From the NCBI RefSeq assembly GCF_031769215.1, contig NW_026782274.1, positions 186,001 through 250,000 of the forward strand: 64,000 bases of DNA. The letters are read 5' to 3'. Under the pieces are notes generated by a model. The model was not told the DNA's origin. It ran no database searches and saw only the letters and a list, made by a program, of their open reading frames with translations. Source of the stretch: Ylistrum balloti (taxonomy: Eukaryota). A program made the position numbers and the translations under genes. Below, piece after piece: positions 39,901 to 52,129 of this stretch. Every line of letters starts with the position of its first letter. Within the stretch, counting starts at the first letter, position 1.

Positions 39901-41080
39901 TTTTCTCTTCCACCGTTGCCAGAAGCCTGTTTGGTTGTGGACTAGGATTTTTTTGTTTCTTGCAAACACTACACAAACTAAAAGCTCGTACTTTCATCAT
40001 TTTAATTTACTTTACCATTGTATACAACATTAAAGAAATACTGACTCTAAACAATTGAATGTGAAATTTGAATTCTTTATAAAAAAATCATTTGTAAAAT
40101 GTGTTTAAGATACATGTAGCAAAATCTAGAAAGACCTGTTTCGACAATATATAATTTTTTCCCCTTCTCTTGATTTTTAATAAAAACATCTGCAGCATTA
40201 CTTTTTCATTAACTGTTAAACTAGCTTTCAAATAAAAAAGACTAATCCTAAAAGTTTCAACGACTGTTTCTAAATTAAATGAATCAGGAGAAATACAAAA
40301 AAGGGAAAAATCTTTGTGTTGACTTTTAAAATATAAATTATATAAAATGTAAGGTAAAAGGACTTGAGCCAGCCATTATCAAATTCATCCCGTCCAACTG
40401 GACATCATTTACACTTAATGCAACCTGTGGTGTGTAAATGTAAGGGATGTTACAAATTCAAGACCTCACAGACATGGTTTCAGTATGTGTATAGTCAGTG
40501 TTCCTGTTTATAGTGATGTGACTATCAAAGTCCTAGGTATATAAGGCTATTGATCTGTGTATTACTCAGGCACTCCCAATGTCTTTTTGTAGACTTAATA
40601 CTATTTAAAGGAATCATAGGGCTAAGTGTAAAACCATTCGATATCACAGATAGGGCTATGTGCTCTAAAATGTTTATCAAGTATATTATATACAAACACA
40701 TGAAATTGGGGGACATTTCTTTTCTGTATGAATGTCTAATTTCTACAACTGTTCCGCGAATGTGAACATGTCTAGTTGATATTATGTAAACAATGACGAT
40801 GAGAGACTACATTAAATCTCTTGCCATTAACAATGGCATAAATTTTTTTTTGTCCAATGTAGGTGCGTTTGCAGAGGCAAAACCCCCTACCACAGATATC
40901 AGAATGGCCTCTACCCTGTGAAGTATGTTGACTACTAAATTACGATGTCCTCTCCTGTATTATATATCCTTTAATTAATATGTGTCTGTGTAGGTCGCAA
41001 TCATCATGGGACTTTACACCATCTTTCTTGTTCCTCACAATCATACTACAGGCTCCCTTTTTTATTAGACCCTCGCACCA

Positions 41081-43118
41081 TCACATTTCTTCATTTTCAT
41101 TCTCTCCTCTGTGTGTTTGTAGGTGGGTCTCTACATCAGCCGGACTAATATCCTTTCCACAAACAATACAAGTACACGTATATGTTTCTTTTATTGCTCC
41201 AGTATGTTGTTGAAGATGTTTCTGTAGGGAGTCACAATCAGAGAACTGACTTTCACAGACATCACACTTAAATGGCTTCTCTTCTGTATGTGTATTCGGA
41301 TCTAGTTGTGTGTGTGCAATAGTCTGATCATTTCCACTAACATCACATCTATATGATGTTTCTTCTCCAGTATGTTCTCTCAGATGTTTCTGTAGGAATT
41401 CAGGCTCGGCGAACTTACAACCACAAACATCACATTTAAATGGCTTTTCTTCCGTATGTTTCGTCAGATGCAATCGCAGGTCACCTGAATTAGTAAACTG
41501 TTCACCACACATTCTACATTTGCAGGGCTTTTCTCCAGTATGCCTCTTAAGATGAGCCTTTAATGAATCTAGTCTGATGAACTCCTTACCACACACACCG
41601 CAGTTGTACGGTTTTTCTCCAGTATGTATCCTACGATGAATATGCAGGGTGCTTGAATGACGAAACACCTTACCACAGACCTCACACCCATAGGACTTCT
41701 CTCCAGTGTGATTTTTTGTGAAATGATCCTTCAGAAAGCTTTCCAATCTAAACGCCTCACCACAGACATCACATTTAAATGGATTTTCTTCTGTGTGTAT
41801 CACCTTATGTCTCTGTAGATTGCCCGACTGACTGAACTCTCTACCACACTGTTGACATTTGAAGGGTTTTTCTCCTGTGTGTATCTTCAGGTGAGTATGT
41901 AGGGTGCTTAAATGACGAAACGTCTTACTACAGACATCACATTTGTAGAGTTTCTCACCTGTGTGTGTCCCAATATGTTCCTGTAGTGAATATGCTGCAC
42001 CGAACCCTCTCCCACAAATTTCACATTTATATGGCTTTTCGCCTGTATGTGTCCTGATATGTCTCTGTTGATCACTTGCTCGACTGAATCCTTTGCCACA
42101 CACATCACACTTAAATGGTTTCTCTCCCGTATGTATCATCATATGTCTTTTTTGATGAACCGATTGCCTAAAAGATTCACCACAGATATCACACTGAAAT
42201 GGTTTTTCACCTGTATGAATCAAACGATGCCTTTGTTTATGACCTAAATGGCTGAATTCCTTACCACAAATATCACACTGAAAGGGCTTCTCTCCTGTGT
42301 GTATCATCATATGTCTTTGTTGGTCACCCGAGCGACTAAACCCTTTACCACAGATATCACATTTAAAGGGTTTTTCACCTGTGTGGGTCATCATATGTCT
42401 TCGTTCATCACTTAAACGAGTGAAAGTTTTACCACAAACTTCACACTTAATGACCTTTTTCCCTGTACTTGTTGTTATTTTTTTTGGTGCACCACCTAAC
42501 GGTCTATTTCCTTTAACACCCGTATCATTATTTAAAGGTTTTTCTTCTGTATTTTTCATTGGTTTTCTTTGTTCATCACCTACTTGACTAAATCCTTTAA
42601 CATCCATGTCACAATTAAGTGGTTTATTGTCTGTATTTGTCATCATTTGCCTTGCATCCCCTAAATGACTAAATCCTTTATCCTCCATGTCACAATTAAA
42701 GGGATTATTTTCTGTATTTGTCATTGGTTGATTTTGTTCATGCCCTATCTGACTTAATCCTTTTTCCTCCATGTCACAATCTTCTGTACTTGTCATTGCC
42801 AGCCTCTGTTCATTTTCTAACACACTTTGTCCAGTATCAGCCAGAGTAATATCATAACTAAAGGCTTTATCTTCTGTATTTGTCTTTAGTTGTCTTTCTT
42901 CATCCCCTAAATGACTAAATCTTTCATCTTCCATGTCACAATTGAAGTGTTTATTCTCTGTATTGGTCACCACCTGTCCTTTATCAGCCACAATAACACC
43001 ACAACTAAAGGGCCTATGCTCTGTATTTATCATCATTTGTTGCTCATCATTCCCAATTTGGCTCAATCCTTTATCATCCATGTCCCAATTAAAGAACTTT
43101 TCTCCTTGAATTTTGTAC
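41081..43118 (-). CDS. Kruppel-type C2H2 zinc-finger protein, main/terminal coding exon (about 15 fingers with TGEKP linkers, preceded by ~8 degenerate finger repeats)
   Basis: ORF 41081-43138; acceptor tttcag ends at 43119; repeated CxxCxxxFxxxxxxxxHxxxH-TGEKP; first in-exon ATG at 43081; a candidate upstream, probably non-coding exon ends at 46573 (donor gtaaat). Confidence 0.9.
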
Positions 43119-44306
43119 CTGAAAGTAAAAAGAAACAATTAATGCAATGTTGTTTCATCATGAACACAGTATACATGGTATATTACTAGCAGAATTTAAT
43201 AGGAAGAAGAAAATGATGAAACATCATGGAAGAACATTACATGACATTGACTTACGACAAATACATGACAGCACATCCCATGAATATTTCGTGTTAAACA
43301 CCTTACTCTTTATCATTTTACCATACTTTATAATAGTAATGACACAACAGAGAAAACTTGCTAAAGTTTTCTTTACAGTACTTTCATCCACACTTCAGCA
43401 TCCTCATAAGGTCAACAATTAAATATAAATACATGTAAATTAAACTTTTTATAGATAAGTTGGATTGACATGAATAATCTGTATGGCAACCAATGAGAAG
43501 CGTGGAGCTTTTTAGTGTTTGTTAATGTTTTAAAAGGTGTGCTTGTAATCATGACTTATCAGACTGTGTTAATTAAAAGCAGAGAATGAACATGAACTGA
43601 GAGTTTCTTGAAATTTTCAAAGTCCTATATTTATGGTCATGACTATATGGAAAAAAGACATGATTAAGAAATTAAATTGTTACTACAGGATTCAAATTCT
43701 CTAAGTAATAAGAGTGAAAGTGCAGACACAGGCAAGTTGCTTTCCACTTTCAACAGCAAATGTGTCATTTTGTTTTTCTTTTCGACTGAATTTACTGAAG
43801 CTATAGAGCAGCTGATATTTCATTACGGCAGATGATCTGATAAACCTTTAAGCATAGGGAAGATGAACCTGGTATGGGTATATGTTGTAACCAAACTAAA
43901 GCAAATGCAATGAAAATCAATGCCTTTTGATGCTGTTACAGATTTTGAAGAGAATGAGAGATCTGTGAGCAGAATGTTTAGTAAATAATCTGAAAGTGGA
44001 CAATCTGAAATAAAATGGGAGTTCTGTTTGTGAAATATATAAAAAACTGAAATAAAATGGGAGTTCAGATTATCGTCACAGTCCATACTGATTCTACCAT
44101 ACTTTGGTGTAGAGAAGATTTTTTGAAATTTGAATCAATTCCATCCCTTTTAGCCCAAAACCTTAGGAACTAGTACTGTTAGGGCCCATTGTCGAGACAT
44201 CTACACAGCTTTTTAAGTAGTAGACTGTTTTTCACAGCAATACAATTATATTACGAATTCCGTGATATGATATAAGTTGGTTCTTATTCAGTACTGTGTT
44301 TTTAAC

Positions 44307-46017
44307 GAATACCTGACGTTTCGCACCAAAGTCCGTTCGCCCCAAGACCTTTAGCCCCCATGTTGTCATTTTCACACCATCCATTTTTTACCCACGGACC
44401 GTTCGCACCATAGGCTAAGACTGTTTGCACCATCAAACAAAAAATTATTGATTGTTTATTTAGGTTGTAATTAATGAAAACCTCACTGAATTGTTAACGA
44501 TCAACAATGCTTAGACCGTTATAGGGCTTCGCTTGGGTATGAAACAACAGTCCAGGATTCTGACGAAACATGCATCCGCGAGCACTGATCGGAATCAAAA
44601 CATATCAAGAGGAAAGGTGTTGAGACATCTCAAAAGGAAAGGTGTTGAGACTTTGTCTTTTGTTACTGCAACAACATGACGTACATAAAAATGGACATGT
44701 TCTTGTCAAATTATCATCGTGTCATCGACCATGGCTGACGACAACTGCATCACTTGAAGACGGATTGTACGACCGCGGCAGCATGCAATACAGTGCGACT
44801 CGTGTGATCGGTGGAACCATCGTACATGCGGCACAGGTAGGTGTATCGTTCATTATTTTATATTAATTTTTATTCTTTATAATAAATAATGGTTAGGATT
44901 ACAGATAGAAATATAATTTATATCATCAATAAATTATAATTTATATGTGAATTAAATTTCAAATATATTTTCATATAACATAATTTCACCTTATAGTTTA
45001 GTTTTAAAAAGTTTATATTTATTTTTCAGGTATTTCCCAACAGGAATATCGACAAATGATGAGGGATGACCACACTACTTGGATATGTGCAGAATGTGGG
45101 GAACAATCTACAGAAGGTACACTATAATGCATTTATTATATGTGGAGGACACATGGCTCAAGCATTCCATTTGGACAACTGACACGTGGAGTGTGTACAT
45201 GCAACCAATTAGAACGAACAACGATGTTGAGGGGTGGCATCGTAGCCTAAACATGAAAGCCCTAGATTCCAAGGTAAATAACATTTACTGAGTTGAATTT
45301 AATATATCAACAATATGGCGTATTTATATTTTTTTGATTGATACAAATTTCATGTATAATAATAATTGATTTATTTATAATTATTAATAATAATTAAAAT
45401 ATTTCTTTCAACTGTGTGTTTACAATATTAACCAATCTTGAATGATGGATTGATATGGAATTTGAGATTGAAATGTCAATTTTAATAAACCATAACAGTT
45501 CTGCTGACTGTCTTTGTTCGTATTTGTTCATTTAAAACTGCGCCCTCTATACCGATGGTGATATAGACCCGACACATTTGAAGGTTTTTTTTATCCCTCG
45601 TCTGCTTCGATAAATGTATTGTGACTACACTGGTCCGTTTCAGCATACAGGTCATTTACTGCAACTACTATGTCTGTTATCAAGGGGTCATTCCATACAA
45701 TATCGACCACGCGATGATCAAAGTCACATGACACTTCGTCCAAGTCATATGACGGCCATTACACAGGAAGTGGAAGTTATCAACTCAGTTGGTGCAGACA
45801 TGGCTGAATCTTGAATGCAAGACAAGGAAATAAATCAAACACAAAATAGCAGTCAGATGTATGGTACCCCCTCCTGGTCAATGAATGTTTGTTTTGTTGG
45901 CTATGGGATCTATGGTGCGAACGGTCTTGGGTTATGGTGCGACTGGTCTGGGGCAAAAGGTCTTGGGTGCGAAAAGTCTTCAGGCGAACGGTCTTTGGTG
46001 TGAAACATCTGGATACC
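44307..46017 (+). mobile_element. Non-autonomous Mutator-like (MULE) DNA transposon, internal-deletion derivative carrying a PHD finger and a transposase fragment
   Basis: 8-bp TSD TTTTTAAC at 44299-44306 and 46018-46025; imperfect TIRs (gtttcgcaccaaagtccgttcgcc vs ggcgaacggtctttggtgtgaaac) with gttcgcacca-type subrepeats; PHD pieces 44731-44836 and 45030-45110; MULE-type WSVYMQPIRTNNDVEGWHRSLN at ~45186-45255. Confidence 0.8.
44731..45273 (+). pseudogene. Disrupted PHD-finger/MULE transposase coding remnant
   Basis: MADDNCIT*RRIVRPRQHAIQCDSCDRWNHRTCGT|GISQQEYRQMMRDDHTTWICAEC (stop at a Cys position, 44755-44757; intron 44837-45029), followed in another frame by the transposase fragment. Confidence 0.7.
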
Positions 46018-49000
46018 TTTTTAACAATAACAACTTTGTTTACAATTCAACTAAAAATCAATGTAAAGAATTATGTTAGATCACTCATTAAATGTTAGTA
46101 TCAAAATCAATATCCCTAAGAGTATATGGAGCCGATGTCCATGAAGGAATACAACTGGTCTTTAACTACCGGTACATACACGAAAACGTTATCTTGGGCT
46201 CAACATGTGAAGGTAGACAACCCAGTTTACTGTAGGCGTGTCTCAGTATTTAAAGAGATACGCTCGGACAATTGCGCCCCCGAGAGCGAACCTCTTATAA
46301 ACTGTTCCGGAAAATAAGCAAGGAATACAGTTTTAACAAATAACCGTAATGTGGAATCGTTACATTGCTTTGTCACGTAGAAACATCTACTGCATAACGC
46401 ATGTTCTCACCAGACACATTGTTGTGTAGGGAAGTAATTACATATTTGTATATATGTGTCTGTCTTATGGATAACTATAGAAAATGGTATATCCATATTT
46501 ATGAGCCAAGATATTTGCATATATAAGGTATAAATATAGAGAAAGGTTTTGATATAATAAGCACAGATTTACCTCCTTCGGGCTACGGATGTGCTGCACT
46601 CGCCGTATTCACCGTTTTGCACATTTCGGGGTCGATGATGCGCTTTTGTGGCCAGCTAATGACAGGATTGGTGACCGGAATAAGCAGAATTGACCTGATT
46701 GGATCTTATCGAGTATAAAATTTGCTTCTGTACAAGTAACAATGATATGCCATTTTGATATATGAAATTCAAATATAAAAGAGGACAAATTCATCCACTG
46801 TGAATATCGATTCGGACTGTCAAGATCAAACATTCAGACTCTCTACCGACAAATGATTGTGAAAAATGTATATAAAAATCAGCTTAAGATAAGACAATTC
46901 AATTCAATTCTGTTTCAGAGACTAAATATTCGGCATAATTAATGAAACAATATGATTACGTTAAGATACGTATTGATTCTAAATATTTCTTGGCGAGTTA
47001 CTTCCCCTTTCCCCCTATTCGTTGTGTTTGACAGGTCATTACCAATTAGTATTCATGTAAGTACCCAAGACATCTTAATGTGTATGCAAATAAAATAGCG
47101 ATATCAATCAGAATCATACTTGTACACGAGTTTTTATTTCGTCAGAGGCTCACAAACCTAGTATTAAGTATTTGTCCGTTCGAAAGTCTACACCTGTACA
47201 GTGTATATAGTAATATGTTACATATAACAAGTATAGTATACATGTATCTTTTTCATGGAATGCTGTCATTGTAGCCTTGTCAAATCGTTTTATGGAAGAG
47301 AATTCTCGTAGGTTGTTAAACTTGTGTTAGATTAATTTTGAAGTCTTAATTAAGGTATGCTTACACTAAACCATGGACGTATGGTGTCCAGACTTCAAAG
47401 TCTGTTTATACATGTATACATTATAGATATTTATGTATTATAAAACGGATTTTTAAACAACGATTTGTATTTTTTTTAATAAATTGTGTATCATAGTGCA
47501 AAATAAATCAAGAATGAAAACGGTACAGAAGATCACAGACTCAGTCCGAAATATTCTGCAAGCTTTCATAATTATCCGCGATGTTTGTTTTACAAAGGAC
47601 AAAAGGGTATTTCGCAAATAAAAAAAACAACAACAAAAAAAAAAAACAGCCAAACTTATCGATATTTGGTTATTGCTGCCCATAAGCGATGAAAGTCAAA
47701 CTTGTAACTATCACTGTTGTTTTCCAGACAGTTTAAATCACATAGTGTAACTGGATTGTCGGTGTGTAGTATCTACGTGAGTACGAGTTACATGGTTCCA
47801 TTCGTGTCAGATTTATGAAACCTCGTTAGAGCTCACTTAAAAAATTTCATACATCTCATATGAGACAGAAACGAATGTAAGATTTTGTTTATTACATAAC
47901 TTAAATGCATTTTCAAACTTTCGTGAAAACATTTTATATCGATACAAAATATAATATGGCGACGTTCTCATTTTACAGCCCTTTCTTTGATGACGTCACA
48001 ATGCATGGTGACGCAATCAAGTTTTGACATCACCATAAAACAATGGAGACCTTCAGCTAATAACCGCTCTGTTCTGTAAAAACAAATATTAATGTTATGG
48101 GTATTATCACATTGCTAATGAGAGTAATTATGCAATAAACTGAACACCTCGCAATATCTGTTGCACCTGTTAGTTTTAATTGGCTATGGTTGACCAAATA
48201 ACTGGTACAAGTTATACTTCAGCTTCCTGACAGATTTTCCTCCAAAACATCTTTGTTACACGGACACGATGTGGGTACAACTGGATCTACTATTTTTAGA
48301 AATACACCTGTCAAGAAGATAAAAGATTTTTAAAGTGAAGATTGCAGGCTTTTCATCTGCTCTAGGTACATGTCTGTTAGGACGCATGTAAGTACTAGAT
48401 AGATGTCACGTTGGACATAAACAGATAATTTTGTTTGTTTGTTTTTTTGTTTTTTTCTTAATTTCTTTAATATTTCTATTTGGTGCTTGAACTTAGAAAA
48501 AAAACGAATGATAATCAATATCTGTTATTGTTACGGATATTTCATTAAGAGGGTGGGAACTACCACGCCCTTTGGGATACTTTATAAAACTACCGTGTGT
48601 CATGTGCTGTATAATAAGGAAAATATGTTGAATTTGAAATTTTCCTCTAGAAGCGTGTCAAGGTATATACCAATAGTACAAACAGCGAGCGCTAAGCTCT
48701 CTTCAATCAATATAATTCCATATCCCATTATCTTATAAAAACATAATAAACAAATGTAAAAACCAGAGGATCTCGAGTACTATTATTTCATATATATTAA
48801 AGCAGTTTTCCAGAATGTTATACAATGTATATAAAACAGTGTGAAGTAGCCAACACATTGTTCCATACTTAACACCGTGTTGGTACCCGTCATCAGTATC
48901 GGCTGTTCATGTTTCACCACTAATGCGCGTCCATTGTTTTATTGTTTGTTTGGTATCTAAATGCCACTCGGCTTACAGCCTGTAAACAAAACGAGAATAA

Positions 49001-49304
49001 TGGATTATATATCACCACGCAGACCTTCGTCGTGTTGCTGGTCAACTTCAATGGAACTTCAGGAAACGCATAAACCTGGAACTTTTAACAGACAAGAGAT
49101 CTATTTTCTAATTATATCACAAACAACTCAGAGCTATTGTTATTTTAACTATCTAGATCCGTTTTTCTGATTCTGAGGTCGACGACTGTTATTCATGATA
49201 AAGGTCATACTTATTATTTTCATTGTAATAATGTGCTATTAATCGACCATACAGCAGTTAACGACTAAGTTGTCGATGTACCACATCGTCCAGCTGCTCC
49301 AGGG

Positions 49305-52129
49305 ATGAGGGCGCTATTGGTATTGCTTGGGACTATGTCCCTCGTACTGGGTACGTATGTCTCTATGGTAGATTCGGACTCTGTCCCTCGTACTGGGTAC
49401 GTATGTCTCTATGGTAGATTCGGACTCTGTCCCTCGTACTGGATAAGTATGTCTCTATGGTTGATTCGGACTCTGTCCCTCGTAATGGGTACGTATGTCT
49501 CTATGGAAGATTCGGACTCTGTCCCTCGTACTGGATAAGTATGTCTCTATGGTTGATTCGGACTCTGTCCCTCGTAATGGGTACGTATGTCTCTATGGAA
49601 GATTCGGACTCTGTCCCTCGTACTGGATAAGTATGTCTCTATGGTTGATTCGGACTCTGTCCCTCGTAATGGGTACGTATGTCTCTATGGAAGATTCGGA
49701 CTCTGTCCCTCGTAATGGGTACGTATGTCTCTATGGTTGATTCGGACTATGTCCCTTGTACTGGGTACGTATGTCTCTATGGTTGAGTCGGACTATGTCC
49801 CTTGTACTGGGTACGTATGTCTCTATGGTTGATTCGGACTATGTCCTTATCTGTTATGGAGACCTTGTCTCTACTGTTAGGTACATACACTAACTTTTCC
49901 AACAATCTTATGTCTCTCTATGGTCATGTGGAGTTCAAGTGAGTGTTTATATTGTAATATTTTATTTTCCAATTATATATATTTTCACACCATATTTGGG
50001 CTGGACAATTTATTTCATACCTCCTTTATGTGAAATGAAAAACCTGTAGGTTTAAGAGGTCGAAACTGAAAAGAGATTTTGTTTCTGGTTTGACCGATGA
50101 GATCTCATTCTCACCGAGATATCAGAGAAAGCCATCGTGTAATCGGAGGTGTCTCACCGAGATATCAGAGAAAGCCATCGTGTAATCGGAGGTGTCTCAC
50201 CGAGATATCACAGAAAGCCATCGTGTAATCGGAGGTGTCTCACCGAGATATCACAGAAAGCCATCGTGTAATCGGAGGTGTCTTACCGAGATATCACAGA
50301 AAGCCATCGTGTAATCGGAGGTGTCTTACCGAGATATCACAGAAAGCCATCGTGTAATCGGAGGTGTCTTACCGAGATATCACAGAAAGCCATCGTGTAA
50401 TCGGAGGTGTCTCACCGAGATATCACAGAAAGCCATCGTGTAATCGGAGGTGTCTCACCGAGATATCACAGAAAGCCATCGTGTAATCGGAGGTGTCTCA
50501 CCGAGATATCACAGAAAGCCATCGTGTAATCGGAGGTGTCTCACCGAGATATCACAGAAAGCCATCGTGTAATCGGAGGTGTCTCACCGAGATATCACAG
50601 AAAGCCATCGTGTAATCGGAGGTGTTAAACTTGGGCCAATATCTCTCCAAAGGTATCGAAACATATATTCTGTTACTCCCCGAATGTATACGATATATCT
50701 GATTTGTTTCCAGGGAGATCTCAGTCTTCACGGAGATACATTACCATCCCCGCCGGAAGTACAACGTATTACGGCAATATGGCGTCAACGAATCAGCAGG
50801 ATGACGTCGCGATGCCTAATCTCCATAAACTGAAGTATGACGTCATTTTGGACATAGCGTTGTACGACCAAATTACACTAGAAGAAAATGGCTATTTTGC
50901 GGTGTATGACGACCCGGAAGGAGAAGCTTCGATAGTGATGGGTCAGTGTAAATATAGTTACTGTTGTTTCGTTCATGACTGACACCTAATTTATTAATAC
51001 TCTTGTGAAGTGGTGTTATAGCCAAGCTCTATTATAGAAATATGATGTCTTTAACATTTAAAAGCGATGTGTCTAGCATGATATAATAACCCTGCCATTT
51101 GTAGGGCTTTTTTTGTTTCATTTCTTTTCTTTTTCTTGTTTTAATGAGGCATTTTTGTCTTATATTAGGAAGAAAATTAGTGAATTAGGAAGTACTTTTT
51201 CAGAAGTTAATCACCCACTTTCAGTAATTTGGTTTAAATGTGAAATGATATTATTAAAAGCCGGGCTTCATTATCGGCTTCATTATTGGTACCAAAATCC
51301 CTAAAAAGCCCTGATTTGAAGCAATGTTAAACACCAAATATAATTAACCATTAAAACAAAACGTTCATTCCCATGAATTTGTCTCGCTATACGTAACAGC
51401 TTTTATATTTGTTTCTATATAAATTTATTTATTCATATTTCTTAGCGTTCGCTTTACCAACTTGTAACATTTTTATAAACATTTTAAACAGAAAATCAAA
51501 ATAATACCATTTTTTTGTACTATGCATAATACAGGTGACAAGGTTCTAATGTGGGTTTTCAATCCGACTACACTACGGTTCCATAACGTCATGTCTGTAA
51601 TGTTTGCTAATGATGCAGTAAGTTGATTTAAACGATATTGATTAAATGTTTAAATAAAATTTCCAGATATTTCACTGTACAATACATTTTATCTATAACC
51701 AGATACCTAAACAACAATTATTTGGGTCTCTGCTATATATAACTAGGGCACAAGTATCTTACTGGTACTGACGAGAAGCAAGCGTATGCATGAATTTGAT
51801 CCTACAGAATTTTAGTCTGGTATCGGTCTTCCCATGATGCCCCACACAAAAAGGTGACAGTTCTATGCGGCTAATAGACTTTTCCCACAATCCATACTTA
51901 ATAAGTGTCTAAATGATTCATAATTCATGACAATTGCTTTAATTATACATTCTCACTGCTGATTTTGGAGTCACGCTTCACGATTATAAAACTTATCTGT
52001 TATTTGATTATGATAGAGCAATTTTCTACTTTTATTTCCATTTGAATTATGGGTAATAAAGTTGTGTTTATCCTATTTCAGAATTTCCGTGTATTCAGGA
52101 GATTGCTCCAGCAGTACGTGAATGGCTGA
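49305..52129 (+). CDS. Uncharacterised secreted protein, paralog A (~148 aa)
   Basis: Exons 49305-49350 (signal peptide MRALLVLLGTMSLVL), 49881-49922 (tentative, weak donor gtcatg), 50714-50941, 51535-51617, 52082-52129; phases 1,1,1,0; 447 nt; colinear with paralog B. Confidence 0.7.
49330..49848 (+). repeat. 46-bp tandem array (11 copies plus partial) made of the last 21 nt of paralog A exon 1 plus donor and 25 intronic nt
   Basis: GGACTATGTCCCTCGTACTGG|gtacgtatgtctctatggtagattc; units at 49330+46n up to 49836. Confidence 0.93.
50109..50624. repeat. 43-bp minisatellite, 12 copies
   Basis: tctcaccgagatatcacagaaagccatcgtgtaatcggaggtg at 50109+43n. Confidence 0.95.

Noticed and set aside
41908-43189. 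Extra ORFs overlapping the zinc-finger exon (e.g. 42047-42247, 42297-42587, 42911-43189)
   Set aside because: Antisense or alternate-frame shadows of a repetitive coding exon.
43823-44086. 87-aa minus ORF as an upstream ZNF coding exon; includes a duplicated aactcccattttatttcag acceptor-like 19-mer
   Set aside because: No recognisable domain, weak donor and no supportable phase link; could be UTR or intron.
44755-44757. TGA at a PHD cysteine position as selenocysteine
   Set aside because: It lies in a deleted, frameshifted transposon; no SECIS was recognised; a nonsense mutation is simpler.
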